DNA from: Geopsychrobacteraceae bacterium
GTDB lineage: Bacteria; Desulfobacterota; Desulfuromonadia; Desulfuromonadales; Geopsychrobacteraceae
NCBI GenBank assembly: GCA_963676795.2
Contig: CAXXTB010000002.1
Location: 224,001 to 288,000, forward strand
Direction: 5' to 3'
Length of the DNA stretch: 64,000 bases
Shown here: piece after piece, positions 50,715-61,272 of the stretch
Position numbering within the stretch: the first letter of the stretch is position 1
How the letters are laid out: each line of letters starts with the position of its first letter
Notes under the pieces: generated by a model
What the model was told of the DNA's origin: nothing
Databases searched by the model: none
Seen by the model: the letters and a program-made list of their open reading frames with translations, nothing else
Made by a program: the position numbers and the translations under genes

Positions 50715-52088
50715 ATGGCGCCGCATCCGTCATCTGCGGGAACCTCTGCCGCGGACCAGGTTATCTCCGATAAGCAGCAGCTGATCGCTTTTCTGACCAG
50801 GGGAGCCCGCCCTCGTTCCGACTGGGGGATCGGCCTTGAGGCTGAAAAGCTCGTTGTTGACAACCAGACTGGTGAAGCGGCCGGTTACCCACGGGTCAGA
50901 GAACTGCTGAAGCGTCTCGACGGTTTTGGTGGCTGGGAGGCTGTCTATGAAGGTGAGTATCTGCTTGGCCTGAAAGGCACGCGTTCTTCCGTGACCCTCG
51001 AGCCGGGTGGCCAGTTGGAGTTGTCTGGCAAGTTCTGCTGCGACATTCATTGCAGCTGGCGTGACCTCAAGCGTTACCGGCAGCATATCCTGATCATGGG
51101 GCATGAGCTAGGGCTTGAATTTCTCGGCCTCGGTGTGCAGCCATTTACTCCGCTCGATAAGATTTCCTGGCTGCCGAAGCAGCGCTACGACATCATGGGC
51201 CCCTATATGCTTAAAACCGGCGACATGGGGCAACGCATGATGAAGCAGTCAGCAGGGACTCAGGTCAATCTGGATTTTTCCGATGAAACCGACTGTGTCC
51301 GCAAGCTCAAGGCGATTCAGCTGTTGAGCCCCATCTGCTACGCCCTGTTCGCCAACTCACCGATCATGGAGGATCAACCGACCGGATTTCTGACAACCCG
51401 TGGCGAGATCTGGTCGCGCACCGATGCTGACCGCTGCGGGCTGATTCGCCAGCTTTTTTCAGCTCAGGCCGGCTTAAGCGACTTTGTCGACTACGCTCTC
51501 GATGCACCGATGTATTTCATTCAGCGGGAAGGCCGCTATGTCGATTTTACCGCTGAGCGTTTTTCCTTCCGCCGCTATATCGACTCGGGCCGGGGGAAAG
51601 AGCGCGCAACCTTGGCTGACTGGAACCTGCACCTGTCGACAATCTTTCCCGAGGTCCGTCTCCGGCCGCAACTTGAAGCCCGCAGCGCTGACAGTCTTCC
51701 ACCTCATTTCACTCCGGCGGTCGCCGCTTTCTACAAGGGGCTGCTTTACTGCGATGAGGGGCTGAGTAAAGTCGAATCGTTGCTGGGTGGCCTTGAAGAA
51801 GAAGCTTTTTCCCGCCTCTACCGGGATTCCTGGCGCTTGGGGCTGAAGACGGGAATCGCCGGAGGACGTCTTGGTGATATCGCTTCTGAACTGGTAGCTG
51901 TTGCCAAAAAAAGTTTGCGCGATCAGTTTGACCAGGCGTTCAGTGGTGCCGACGAAAGTCAGTTTCTGGATGTTCTTGACGAGCTGCTTGCCAGCGGTGA
52001 AACGCTGGCGGAGCGCCTGCTGAAACGCTGGAGTGGTGATCGGACGGAAAAGATGAAGGTTCTCAAGGAACTCTGTGGCTACGCCTAG
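50715..52088 (+). CDS. gshA: Glutamate-cysteine ligase (GCS2/plant-type)
   Basis: IGLEAEK, TLEPGGQLELSG, PKQRY.IM, QVNLDF, HLSTIFPEVRL. Confidence 0.9.
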   Translation: MAPHPSSAGTSAADQVISDKQQLIAFLTRGARPRSDWGIGLEAEKLVVDNQTGEAAGYPRVRELLKRLDGFGGWEAVYEGEYLLGLKGTRSSVTLEPGGQLELSGKFCCDIHCSWRDLKRYRQHILIMGHELGLEFLGLGVQPFTPLDKISWLPKQRYDIMGPYMLKTGDMGQRMMKQSAGTQVNLDFSDETDCVRKLKAIQLLSPICYALFANSPIMEDQPTGFLTTRGEIWSRTDADRCGLIRQLFSAQAGLSDFVDYALDAPMYFIQREGRYVDFTAERFSFRRYIDSGRGKERATLADWNLHLSTIFPEVRLRPQLEARSADSLPPHFTPAVAAFYKGLLYCDEGLSKVESLLGGLEEEAFSRLYRDSWRLGLKTGIAGGRLGDIASELVAVAKKSLRDQFDQAFSGADESQFLDVLDELLASGETLAERLLKRWSGDRTEKMKVLKELCGYA

Positions 52089-52271
52089 ACAGCAGAATTT
52101 GCATCTTGCTGGCGCGACAACGCAAGCGCAATCTGGCTAAATTGATACTAGCGCCAGGCTCGAGATGGCGACTGTGCAAAGACACAGTCGCCTCTTGTGT
52201 TATCGGGGACAAACAAATGCGCGGTTCCACGTGTTTTTTGTTGACGCTTTGGGCTAGATTCTCATCATCAA

Positions 52272-52378
52272 CAGTTCGGTGTGGCAGTCGAAGTGTTGAA
52301 ACCGAAAAAAGGTACCTCATACCTCCTTTCTAACTTTTGGCCGATACCACCTCCCCTTTAGGTATCGGCCTTTTTTTT
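52272..52378 (+). ncRNA. Putative anti-SD sRNA, copy 1
   Basis: Candidate promoter TTGACG-N16-CATCAT; TTCGGT/ACCGAA stem; ACCTCATACCTCCTTTCT; terminator with ACCTCCCC loop and T8. Confidence 0.7.
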
Positions 52379-52608
52379 CGAAAAAAAAATCAGATGTCAG
52401 CACCCTTTCAGTTTTTTTTCGTCCGGACGGTTTTAACGCTGCTCGGGAACCCGGTGGGCTGTCTTTGCACGGCAATGGCCGGGGCTATGGTTTTTTATCT
52501 GGAGGGGGCTGTGCAAAGACACAGTTGCCGGCTGCGTCATCTGGGACAAACAAATGCGTAGTGCCACGTACTTTTTGTTGACGTTTTGGGCTAGATTCTC
52601 ATCATCAA

Positions 52609-52715
52609 CAGTTCGGTGTGGCAGTCGAAGTGTTGAAACCGAAAAAAGGTACCTCATACCTCCTTTCTAACTTTTGGCCGATACCACCTCCCCTTTAGGT
52701 ATCGGCCTTTTTTTT
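52609..52715 (+). ncRNA. Putative anti-SD sRNA, copy 2
   Basis: Body identical to copy 1; own promoter and terminator. Confidence 0.7.
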
Positions 52716-52943
52716 CGAAAAAAATCAGATATCAGCACCCTTTCAGTTTTTTTTCGTCCGGACGGTTTTAACGCTGCTCGGGAACCCGGTGGGCTGTCTT
52801 TGCACGGCAATGGCCGGGGCTATCGTTTTTTATCTGGAGGGGGCTGTGCAAAGACACAGTCGCCGGCTGCGTTATCTGGGACAAACAAATGCGCGGTCCC
52901 ACGTGTTTTTTGTTGACGCTTTGGGCTAGATTTACATCATCAA

Positions 52944-53053
52944 CAGTTCGGTGTGGCAGTCGAAGTGTTGAAACCGAAAAAAAGGTACCTCATACCTCCT
53001 TTCTAACTTTTGGCCGATATCAACCTCCCCAATAGGATATCGGCCTTTTTTTT
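52944..53053 (+). ncRNA. Putative anti-SD sRNA, copy 3
   Basis: Same body; compensatory C-G to T-A change in the terminator stem; ACCTCCCC loop retained. Confidence 0.7.
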
Positions 53054-53277
53054 ATCTGATTAAAAATTCCGAAACTCACTGTTGATTTTTGCGTTGGCTG
53101 GCAGTTTTGTCTGAGTGGTAAGCGCCGAATTTCCCTCACCCGGGAGTTGTTCGCTCCATTTCTTTTCCTGTTGTTGTCTTATGTCCAGATTTCTTCGCAA
53201 ATCCGCTACTTTTGCTTGATTTACTGGGGCGATTCCTGTTTCAATATGCAGCTCTAAATCAGACCAAGGAGCTGTCA

Positions 53278-55269
53278 ATGTCGTCACGGAATTTTTCTGA
53301 TCCTATCGTTCGCGAATCTATCGATACGATTCGTCTGTTATCTGCCGATGCTGTAGAAAAAGCACAATCCGGCCACCCTGGAACACCAATGGAAGCTGCG
53401 CCGATTGCCTACCTGCTTTTCAAGAAGCATATGCGCTATAACCCCGCCAACCCGGATTGGGCTGGACGGGACCGGTTTGTCCTGTCCTGCGGGCATGCCT
53501 CTGCACTGATCTATTCGATGCTGCACTTAAGTGGCTACGACCTGCCTCTTGATGAGATCAAAAATTTCCGTCAATTCGGCAGCAAAACCGCAGGTCACCC
53601 GGAATTCGGACATACTCCGGGCGTTGAAACGACCACCGGGCCATTGGGCCAGGGGGTTGCTGTTGCCGTTGGTATGGCAATGGGTGGACAGTTCCTCAAT
53701 CAGCATGTCGATGCCGAACTCTTTGATTACCGTACCTGGGTTATCTGTTCGGACGGTGACCTGATGGAAGGTGTCTCGGCTGAAGCGGCCTCTCTGGCTG
53801 GTCACCTCAAGCTTGGACAGCTCAATTATCTCTACCTGGACAACAAGATCACTATCGAAGGGGATACCGCGCTGGCCTTTAGCGAAGATGTCGGCGCCCG
53901 TTACCTGGCTTGTGGCTGGCATGTCGAGCGCGTTGAAGGGGAAAATCTCGATGAGATCGATGCGGCCATGGAGCGTGCCAAGAACGATCCCCGGCCATCG
54001 CTGATCATCGCCCGGACCCATATCGGCTTTGGTGCTCCGAACAAACAGGATACCGCCGGAGCTCATGGTTCTCCACTCGGTGGATCAGAGCTGGGGCTGG
54101 CTAAAAAGTTCTTCGGTCGTGACGAAAATGAGAGCTTTGTGGTTTCACCAGAAGTCGCCGCACACATGGGCGAAGCCAAGGTCCGCGGTGCTGAGCTGGA
54201 AAAACAGTGGCAGCAGCTGCTGGACGCTAAAAAAGGCAGTGCCAAGGTCCAGACCTGGCTTATGGCCAGCAATGGAGATCTCCCTGAAGGCTGGGAAGAA
54301 GCACTGCCGGTTTTCAAGCCGGAGGATGGCGCCAAGGCCAGCCGTGTAGCCAGCGGCTTGGTTATTAACGCACTTGCTGAAAAGCTGCCGTTTCTGCTCG
54401 GTGGTTCGGCCGACCTCGGTCCTTCCAACAATACGACTATCAAGTCCGCAGGGTCCTGGCTTCCGGGCCAGAGTGACCGCAATATCCATTACGGAATTCG
54501 TGAGCATGCCATGGGCTCGATCATGAACGGTCTTTGTCACACCCCGGGCATCATTCCGTTCGGCGGAACCTTCTTTGTTTTCACTGACTATATGCGTCCG
54601 ACCATCCGGATGGCGGCCCTGATGGGTCTGGCTCCGATCTATGTCATGACCCACGATTCGATCGGCCTGGGTGAAGACGGCCCAACCCACCAGCCGGTCG
54701 AGCACCTGGCTTCTCTGCGGGCCATGCCGAATGTCACGGTCATTCGTCCGGCCGACGCCAATGAAACCAGTGAAGCCTGGCGCTCTGCGCTGCTCAATCG
54801 GCGGGGACCGACCGTACTGGTCCTGTCCCGTCAGAATCTGCCGACCTTCGATCGTGAGAAGTTCGAACCGGTCTGTGGCGCTCAACAGGGTGGTTACATC
54901 CTGGCCAAAGAGCAGGGCGAACTGCAGATGATTCTGATTGCGACTGGTTCCGAAGTTCAGCATGCTGTCAAGGTTCAGGAAACCCTGCAGGCTGAAGGTG
55001 TCGGTGTCCGGGTTGTGTCACTGCCGAGCTGGGAACTGTTCGAAGCCCAGTCTGCAGAGTATCGCGAGCAGGTTCTTCCTTCAGCCTGCGTCAAGCGGAT
55101 CTCCATGGAAACCGGCAGCTGCTTCGGCTGGGAACGTTATGTCGGGCCGCAGGGCATTATTATCGGCATGAACGGGTTCGGCGCCAGCGCACCGGCTGGT
55201 GAGCTGATGAAGCATTTCGGCTTCACCGCCGAAAACCTGCTGGAAAAAGCCAGGACTCTGCTCGGCTGA
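53278..55269 (+). CDS. tkt: Transketolase
   Basis: [54 protein letters not shown]. Confidence 0.97.
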   Translation: MSSRNFSDPIVRESIDTIRLLSADAVEKAQSGHPGTPMEAAPIAYLLFKKHMRYNPANPDWAGRDRFVLSCGHASALIYSMLHLSGYDLPLDEIKNFRQFGSKTAGHPEFGHTPGVETTTGPLGQGVAVAVGMAMGGQFLNQHVDAELFDYRTWVICSDGDLMEGVSAEAASLAGHLKLGQLNYLYLDNKITIEGDTALAFSEDVGARYLACGWHVERVEGENLDEIDAAMERAKNDPRPSLIIARTHIGFGAPNKQDTAGAHGSPLGGSELGLAKKFFGRDENESFVVSPEVAAHMGEAKVRGAELEKQWQQLLDAKKGSAKVQTWLMASNGDLPEGWEEALPVFKPEDGAKASRVASGLVINALAEKLPFLLGGSADLGPSNNTTIKSAGSWLPGQSDRNIHYGIREHAMGSIMNGLCHTPGIIPFGGTFFVFTDYMRPTIRMAALMGLAPIYVMTHDSIGLGEDGPTHQPVEHLASLRAMPNVTVIRPADANETSEAWRSALLNRRGPTVLVLSRQNLPTFDREKFEPVCGAQQGGYILAKEQGELQMILIATGSEVQHAVKVQETLQAEGVGVRVVSLPSWELFEAQSAEYREQVLPSACVKRISMETGSCFGWERYVGPQGIIIGMNGFGASAPAGELMKHFGFTAENLLEKARTLLG

Positions 55270-55323
55270 TTCCCGAGATGAGAAGCTGATCGATGTAATT
55301 GTTCAGATATTTTGATGTAGTCC

Positions 55324-55362
55324 AAGGCAACCTGAGTATTCAGGTTGCCTTTTTATTTTTTT
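55324..55362 (+). terminator. Intrinsic terminator after tkt
   Basis: AAGGCAACCTGA / TCAGGTTGCCTT followed by T-rich tail. Confidence 0.85.
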
Positions 55363-55548
55363 GGCTGCCTGGTTTAACTCCTTGCTCCGAAACAGGGCAG
55401 AGCCTATTTCATTTGTTATTCTTATATTATGAATCTGTTATTTCGGGTGCGACAGGACACTGCAAATGGCGAATGTTGATTCGCTTTTCGGGCCAATCCT
55501 GGAACCAATCTTTTGAAAGACTTTATTTTTCCGAATCGGAGTAATAAT

Positions 55549-55884
55549 ATGAGTGAAAAAAGAAGCTTTGGGCGACGCAAAAAACGTTTAAAAGTTCGTT
55601 TCGGGATTGAATATCCGCGCCGCGTGGCTTTTACCTGCGACGCTTCGGATCGGGGCATGCATATCCTGACCAGTCATCCGGAGCGTCCCGGAACAAAACT
55701 GTTGATAGAAATTGAACTGCCCACGGGTGGGTCTTCTGTGGCCTACGGCTATGTGCGCTGGGCCAAAAAGGTGCCGGCCAACCTGATGCGGGTTGCCGAC
55801 AAGGCCGGAATGGGTGTGCTCTTGACCAGCTTTATCTCTGGCGAACAGGCGTACTACGATTACCTGAAAAGTCTACATCACTGA
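55549..55884 (+). CDS. Stand-alone PilZ-domain protein
   Basis: RRKKR and DASDRG motifs; V.W...GMGV. Confidence 0.75.
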   Translation: MSEKRSFGRRKKRLKVRFGIEYPRRVAFTCDASDRGMHILTSHPERPGTKLLIEIELPTGGSSVAYGYVRWAKKVPANLMRVADKAGMGVLLTSFISGEQAYYDYLKSLHH

Positions 55885-55890
55885 TATTTC

Positions 55891-57306
55891 ATGAATAACT
55901 TGAATTTTATCCATCAGGAGCATCTTCCTGTTGTTGCTCCCGACCTGCTGGTTGTCCGTTGGGGGGATCGCCACTGGCAGATTCAGAACGCTTCCGAGCG
56001 ACTCTGTCGCTGGCTGTCGGCAGAACCTGGAGATCTCAAGGGGCGCAATCCGGACGCCGTCTTTTCCCAGGCCGTTCCACTGTTGACCGAACTGGCTGCT
56101 GATATTCTCAAGCACGGTCAGGATCTGGTCGGTATCAAGGTCAGGCTGGCCCCGTCCCTGGCCGAAATTCAGGCGGATATCCAGTTTGTCGGACTGACCG
56201 ACGATTACCTCGGCCAGATCGTGCGGATCGTCTTTCGCCAGGAGTCGATTGCCAGTCGCCAGGAAGTTTCCCTGGGGCGGCTGGTCGGGACCAGCCCGGC
56301 GATCCGGGAAGTCTTCCGCAAGATCAGGCTTTACGCCGCGTCCGATGCCGCAGTGATCATTACCGGTGAAACCGGAGCCGGCAAGGAACTGGTCGCCCAG
56401 GCGCTGCATGAAGAGAGCCTGCGTAAGGATAAGCCCTTTGCCGCGCTGAACTGTGCGGCGATCAGTGAACAGTTGCTCGAGTCGGAGCTATTCGGCCATG
56501 AGCGGGGTGCCTTTACCGGGGCGATCCGTGAGCACCGAGGCTACTTCGAGCGGGCCGACGGAGGAACACTGTTCCTCGACGAGCTTGGCGAGATGCCTCT
56601 CCATACCCAGGCCAAGCTGCTCAGGGTTCTGGAGGATGGTCGGGTTCAGCGGGTTGGCGGTGAGCGCAGTTATCAGGTCGATGTGCGGTTTATCGGTGCA
56701 ACCAATGTGGCGCTCGAACAGGCGGTGGCCGAAAAACGTTTTCGCGTCGATCTCTATCATCGTCTGGCTGTCCTGCGCATCCATATACCGCCGTTGCGTG
56801 AACGTCTCGACGATATTCCGCTGCTGGCCGATCGCTTCCTTCAGCAGTTCAACCAGCAGTATGGCAAGGGGATCAAACGTCTGACCGGCGAAGCTGTACG
56901 TATTCTGCAGGCCTACCTCTGGCCCGGAAACGTGCGTGAGTTGCGCAATGTTATCGAGCGGATCGTCGTTGAGAATGAAACCGAAGCGATTGGCGCCAGG
57001 GCTTTTTCCGAATGGATTCAGGAACGTCAGCAATTTGCCAAAACCACGTCCGTGATGAAGCCGCAGCGGGAGGACGAGCTGCCGGTGGCGCTTCCCTATC
57101 AGCACAATAATGACGCACTGGCTATTGATGCCTCGCCGGATCGCCGTTTTCACACTCGCGAACTTGATGAGGAGTCGATCCGTCAGGCGTACCGTCAGGC
57201 TGCTGGCAATCTTTCTGCCGCAGCTCGCCTTCTTGGGGTCCATCGTGCAACCCTCTATCGTCATCTGGAGCGCCTCGATATCGATCGAAACGACCTCGAA
57301 TTATAG
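55891..57306 (+). CDS. Sigma54-dependent enhancer-binding activator (PAS-like/AAA+/Fis HTH)
   Basis: GETGAGKE, ESELFGHERGAFTGA, LFLDE, WPGNVREL, AAR.LG..R.TLY. Confidence 0.95.
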   Translation: MNNLNFIHQEHLPVVAPDLLVVRWGDRHWQIQNASERLCRWLSAEPGDLKGRNPDAVFSQAVPLLTELAADILKHGQDLVGIKVRLAPSLAEIQADIQFVGLTDDYLGQIVRIVFRQESIASRQEVSLGRLVGTSPAIREVFRKIRLYAASDAAVIITGETGAGKELVAQALHEESLRKDKPFAALNCAAISEQLLESELFGHERGAFTGAIREHRGYFERADGGTLFLDELGEMPLHTQAKLLRVLEDGRVQRVGGERSYQVDVRFIGATNVALEQAVAEKRFRVDLYHRLAVLRIHIPPLRERLDDIPLLADRFLQQFNQQYGKGIKRLTGEAVRILQAYLWPGNVRELRNVIERIVVENETEAIGARAFSEWIQERQQFAKTTSVMKPQREDELPVALPYQHNNDALAIDASPDRRFHTRELDEESIRQAYRQAAGNLSAAARLLGVHRATLYRHLERLDIDRNDLEL

Positions 57307-57351
57307 TCGCAACAGGGTGCGACATCTGCGACGTCGCACCCTGTTGCGACT
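57305..57351. promoter_or_regulatory. Paired palindromic sites GTCGCA-N6-TGCGAC (putative UAS) forming a perfect 19-bp inverted repeat
   Basis: AGTCGCAACAGGGTGCGAC-N9-GTCGCACCCTGTTGCGACT. Confidence 0.65.
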
Positions 57352-57453
57352 CTGTCCCCTGCAACGTCGCGTTCTTCCCCTCCGTTTCCATCCCTTCTGC
57401 ACAATCCTTCTTTAAGTCCTTGAAAAAACGTAAAATCCTCTTTTTTTTCAGGT

Positions 57454-57470
57454 TTGGCATCCTCTTTGAA
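57454..57470 (+). promoter_or_regulatory. Sigma54-like promoter for the hsp20 genes (variant -12)
   Basis: TTGGCATCCTCTTTGAA = GG-N10-GA; IHF-like TAAGTCCTTGAAA near 57413-57425. Confidence 0.55.
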
Positions 57471-57538
57471 GTACTTCTGGTCAGAGATTACGCAGATCGT
57501 CAGATCGCCAACATAAAAAACAACAACAGGAGGACGCT

Positions 57539-57970
57539 ATGTTCGCACATCAATTTTTCAACGAAATGAATAGTTTTCAGCGTGAAATGGAACGTGTTTT
57601 AAGAGGCCAGGTGCCGGTAGGAAGAGCAGAGGCCGTCTTTGACAAAGTTCCTTTTAAGGTCTATCAGAACGCCGCTGGCTATGTCGCGGAGGCAGAACTG
57701 CCGAGGCTGGATCTGGAGAAGCTTGATATCAGCCTGCTTGGCAGACAGCTGAAGGTCTCCGGTGAAACCGTAGCTCCGGAGTTGCCCGAAGGCGCCAAGT
57801 GGGTTCGCCAGGAACGCCGGTCAGGTCGCTTCGAGCAGAGCTTCCGGTTGCCTCAGGATCTCGACTCCGACAGGATCGCGGCAGAGTATAAACAGGGTAT
57901 TCTGAAAATCACCCTGCCCAAAGCTGAAGCGGCAAAGCCGAAGAAGATCGAACTTAAAGTGAACGAATAA
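57539..57970 (+). CDS. Hsp20/alpha-crystallin small heat shock protein
   Basis: AELP, QERRSGRF..SF.LP, AEYKQGIL.I.LPK. Confidence 0.95.
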   Translation: MFAHQFFNEMNSFQREMERVLRGQVPVGRAEAVFDKVPFKVYQNAAGYVAEAELPRLDLEKLDISLLGRQLKVSGETVAPELPEGAKWVRQERRSGRFEQSFRLPQDLDSDRIAAEYKQGILKITLPKAEAAKPKKIELKVNE

Positions 57971-58002
57971 TATATTATTTCCAGATATAAGGAGAGACAG
58001 TC

Positions 58003-58368
58003 ATGAGTGACAAACAGATGATGACTCAGGAAAACCAGGTTGCTGAAGAAACCAAGCCGCTGTTCTGGGCGACGCCACAGGTCGATATCTACGAAAGTCA
58101 GGAAGAGCTGGTGCTGATTGCCGATCTGCCGGGAGTAAACGAAACTGACCTGCAGCTTGAGGTTGAACGTGGCGTTCTGACCCTGGAGGCAACAGCTGCT
58201 CCGGCGGAAGATGGCAGGGCAAAAGGCTTTTACCGCCAGTTCAAGCTTTCGGATCAGATCAATGGGGATGCCGGCAATGCCTCTTTGCAGGATGGGGTGC
58301 TGACACTGCGCCTGCCGAAGGCCGAGGAGGCCAAGCCGAAAAAAATCGCTGTCAAAACTATCCACTGA
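58003..58368 (+). CDS. Hsp20/alpha-crystallin small heat shock protein
   Basis: PQVDIYE, ADLPGV, A.LQDGVL.L.LPK. Confidence 0.95.
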   Translation: MSDKQMMTQENQVAEETKPLFWATPQVDIYESQEELVLIADLPGVNETDLQLEVERGVLTLEATAAPAEDGRAKGFYRQFKLSDQINGDAGNASLQDGVLTLRLPKAEEAKPKKIAVKTIH

Positions 58369-58381
58369 CAGTCGCCGGACA

Positions 58382-58412
58382 AAAGCCAGGGTCTGACAGC
58401 CCTGGCTTTGTT
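58382..58412 (+). terminator. Hairpin/weak terminator between hsp20 and clpB
   Basis: AAAGCCAGGG / CCCTGGCTTT followed by GTT. Confidence 0.55.
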
Positions 58413-58556
58413 ATGCGTACAGAAGTCAGCGAATCCTGAGCTATACTTAAAAGGCAGAGTCGGAGCTGCTTTGACAGCAGCACATTTCTCTGCCGTTCGT
58501 CCACGGATTCAGGCTAAATGAGAAGAGGGTCAAACAAACAATGAAGGAGAAAGAGA

Positions 58557-61166
58557 ATGATTGACATCAACCGGACAACCCAGAAGGTGCAGGAAGCTCT
58601 CCAGGGAGCCCAGGCGCAGGCCTTGCGCCTCGGGCATGCGGAGATCGATGGCGAGCACCTGTTGCTGGCGCTCTGTGAGCAGGAAGATGGCCTGACGCCG
58701 CGTCTGCTGCAGAAGATGGGCGTTGCGGCCGATGCCCTGGCGTCCGGATTGCGCAAGGACCTCGACGGGCGCGCCAAGGTTTCCGGACCGGGAGCGCAGA
58801 GCGGCCAGGTCTACGCCAACAGAAGGCTCAGTAACCTGTTGCTGCAGGCCGAAAACGAGGCCAGGCAGCTCAAGGATGAATATATCAGTGTCGAGCACCT
58901 GCTGCTCGCTGCTGTCGATGAAGGGGAAAGGACTGTTGCCGGTCGACTGTTCAAAAAACTGGGAGTCGATCGCGCCAAGCTGCTTCAGGCCCTCAACCAG
59001 GTGCGCGGTAATCAGCGGGTGACCAGCAACGATCCGGAGTCGACCTATGAAGCCCTGGCCAAGTACGGCCGGGACCTGGTCGAAGAGGTCAAGAGCGGCA
59101 AGCTCGATCCGGTCATCGGCCGTGACGAAGAAATCCGTCGGGTCATCCGTATCCTCTCACGTAAAACCAAGAATAACCCGGTCTTGATCGGCGAACCGGG
59201 GGTCGGAAAAACGGCGATCGTCGAAGGGCTGGCCCACCGTATCGTGCGTGGCGATGTTCCCGAGGGGCTCAAAGGGAAGACGGTGTTCTCCCTCGATATG
59301 GGAGCGCTGGTCGCCGGGGCCAAGTATCGCGGTGAATTCGAGGAGCGCCTCAAGGCAGTTCTCAAGGAGATTCATGAAAGTCAGGGGCGGATTCTGCTGT
59401 TTATCGATGAGCTGCATACCATCGTCGGGACCGGCAAGAGCGAAGGGGCGATCGATGCCGGCAATATGCTCAAGCCGATGCTCGCGCGCGGTGAGCTGCA
59501 CTGTATCGGGGCCACGACCCTCGACGAGTATCGCCAGTACCTGGAAAAGGATCCAGCGCTCGAGCGGCGTTTTCAGCCGGTCATGGTCGATCAGCCAAAC
59601 GTCGAAGCGACGATCAGTATCCTGCGCGGTCTGAAAGAACGTTTTGAGGTCTATCACGGCGTGCGGATTCACGACAATGCTCTGGTTGCTGCGGCAGAAC
59701 TGAGTCATCGCTATATCGCGGATCGCTTTCTGCCGGACAAGGCGATCGATCTGGTCGATGAGGCCTGCGCGACGATCCGCACCGAGATCGATTCGATGCC
59801 GGCTGAGCTGGACGCGATTACCCGGCGGATGATGCAGCTGGAGATCGAGGAGGCGGCGCTGAAGAAGGAGACCGATTCCGCCAGTCGTGAACGGCTCAAG
59901 CTGCTGCAGAAAGAGCTGGCCGATATCAAGGAGCAGGAACGTACCCTGGCCGCTCAGTGGCAGCTGGAAAAGGGGGGGATCCGTGGTGTCCAGCAGCTGC
60001 GCGAGGAGATCGAGCAGGTCAAACTGGCGATCGCAGAAGCTGAACGCAGCTACGATCTCAATCGTGCCGCAGAATTGAAGCACGGCAAGCTGCCCGAACT
60101 GGAAAAGCAGTTGCACAGCCAGGAGCACGCATTGGAAGCGACCGATACGGAGAACAAGCTGTTGCGTGAGGAGGTCACCGAGGAGGAGATCTCCGAGATC
60201 GTTTCGCGCTGGACCGGGATTCCGGTGACCCGGCTGATCGAAGCAGAGCGGGACAAGCTGCTCAAACTGGACCAGATCCTTCATCAGCGGGTGATCGGCC
60301 AGAATGAAGCGGTCGAACGGGTTGCCGATGCCGTGATCCGGGCCCGGGCGGGGATCAAGGATCCCAAGCGGCCGATCGGTTCCTTCATCTTTCTCGGCCC
60401 GACCGGGGTCGGCAAGACCGAGCTGGCCAGAACCCTGGCCGAAGCCCTGTTCGACAGTGAAGAGAACATGGTCCGTATCGACATGTCGGAATATATGGAG
60501 AAACACTCGGTCAGCCGCCTGATCGGAGCGCCTCCAGGCTATGTCGGTTACGAGGAAGGGGGGCAGCTGACCGAAGCGGTTCGGCGCAAGCCTTACTCGG
60601 TCATCCTCTTTGATGAGATTGAAAAGGCCCATCCCGATGTTTTCAACGTGCTGCTTCAGGTTCTCGACGATGGGCGGGTGACCGATTCCAAGGGACGGAC
60701 GGTCAGCTTCAAGAACGCGGTTATCATCATGACCTCGAATATCGCGTCGCAGTATCTGATCGAGGGGATCAGGGACGGTGAGATACCGCCCGAGGTCGAA
60801 GCCCAGGTTGAACTGGCTCTGCGCCAGAGTTTCAGGCCGGAATTTTTGAACCGGGTTGACGATATTGTTATCTTCAAGCCGCTGAGCAGAGAGGAGATCC
60901 GTCGTATCGTCCTGCTCCTGGTCCGGGAGCTGGGGCAGCGGCTCAGCGAGCGGAGAATCGAGCTCGAATTGTCCGCAGCGGCCAGCGATTTCATTGCCGA
61001 ACATGCCTACGATCCGGTTTACGGGGCCCGTCCGCTGAAACGCTATATTCAGCATCAGCTTGAGACCCGGGTCGGCCGGGCGTTGATTGCCGGTGAGATT
61101 GTGGAAGGCGATAAGATTCTGGTCGGTGTCTCAGACGGAGCGTTGGCAGTGGAGAAGAAAAAATAA
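58557..61166 (+). CDS. clpB: ATP-dependent disaggregase ClpB
   Basis: Two AAA+ modules ([16 protein letters not shown]), coiled-coil middle domain, [14 protein letters not shown]. Confidence 0.97.
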   Translation: MIDINRTTQKVQEALQGAQAQALRLGHAEIDGEHLLLALCEQEDGLTPRLLQKMGVAADALASGLRKDLDGRAKVSGPGAQSGQVYANRRLSNLLLQAENEARQLKDEYISVEHLLLAAVDEGERTVAGRLFKKLGVDRAKLLQALNQVRGNQRVTSNDPESTYEALAKYGRDLVEEVKSGKLDPVIGRDEEIRRVIRILSRKTKNNPVLIGEPGVGKTAIVEGLAHRIVRGDVPEGLKGKTVFSLDMGALVAGAKYRGEFEERLKAVLKEIHESQGRILLFIDELHTIVGTGKSEGAIDAGNMLKPMLARGELHCIGATTLDEYRQYLEKDPALERRFQPVMVDQPNVEATISILRGLKERFEVYHGVRIHDNALVAAAELSHRYIADRFLPDKAIDLVDEACATIRTEIDSMPAELDAITRRMMQLEIEEAALKKETDSASRERLKLLQKELADIKEQERTLAAQWQLEKGGIRGVQQLREEIEQVKLAIAEAERSYDLNRAAELKHGKLPELEKQLHSQEHALEATDTENKLLREEVTEEEISEIVSRWTGIPVTRLIEAERDKLLKLDQILHQRVIGQNEAVERVADAVIRARAGIKDPKRPIGSFIFLGPTGVGKTELARTLAEALFDSEENMVRIDMSEYMEKHSVSRLIGAPPGYVGYEEGGQLTEAVRRKPYSVILFDEIEKAHPDVFNVLLQVLDDGRVTDSKGRTVSFKNAVIIMTSNIASQYLIEGIRDGEIPPEVEAQVELALRQSFRPEFLNRVDDIVIFKPLSREEIRRIVLLLVRELGQRLSERRIELELSAAASDFIAEHAYDPVYGARPLKRYIQHQLETRVGRALIAGEIVEGDKILVGVSDGALAVEKKK

Positions 61167-61272
61167 CTTTTTTTGTAATAAATTGAAAAAAAGCTTGCTC
61201 TCCGTGCACGATTCTGTATAGTTTACTTAAAAGGTAACAATTAACCGATAAACCTAGATATGGAGAAACCTC

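Larger units (their letters stand above)
52172..53053 (+). repeat. Tandem array of about 2.6 units, periods 337 and 335 bp
   Basis: CTGTGCAAAGACACAG at 52172, 52509, 52844; TTGACG at 52241, 52578, 52913. Confidence 0.97.

Noticed and set aside
52063..52916. Small ORFs in the repeat array (MRYLFSVSTL... on -, MADTTSPLG... on +) as type I toxins or peptides
   Set aside because: AGGAGGT abuts the ATG with no spacer; copy 3 is frameshifted (A7 versus A6); C-termini differ; + ORFs start inside the terminator
52172..53053. CRISPR array interpretation
   Set aside because: Units are about 336 bp with no unique spacers, and no cas genes are in the window
57350..58556. CIRCE operator for hsp20/clpB
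   Set aside because: No TTAGCACTC-N9-GAGTGCTAA seen
59157..61055. 632-aa antisense ORF opposite clpB (likewise 39379-40422, 54145-54963, 56488-57264)
   Set aside because: Shadow ORFs fully overlapping well-supported genes
61228..61251. Sigma28-like TAAA...ACCGATAA before the thioredoxin-like gene
   Set aside because: Spacer is 12 bp versus 16 bp in the two credible promoters; TTGCTC-N16-TATAGT is a better sigma70 candidate
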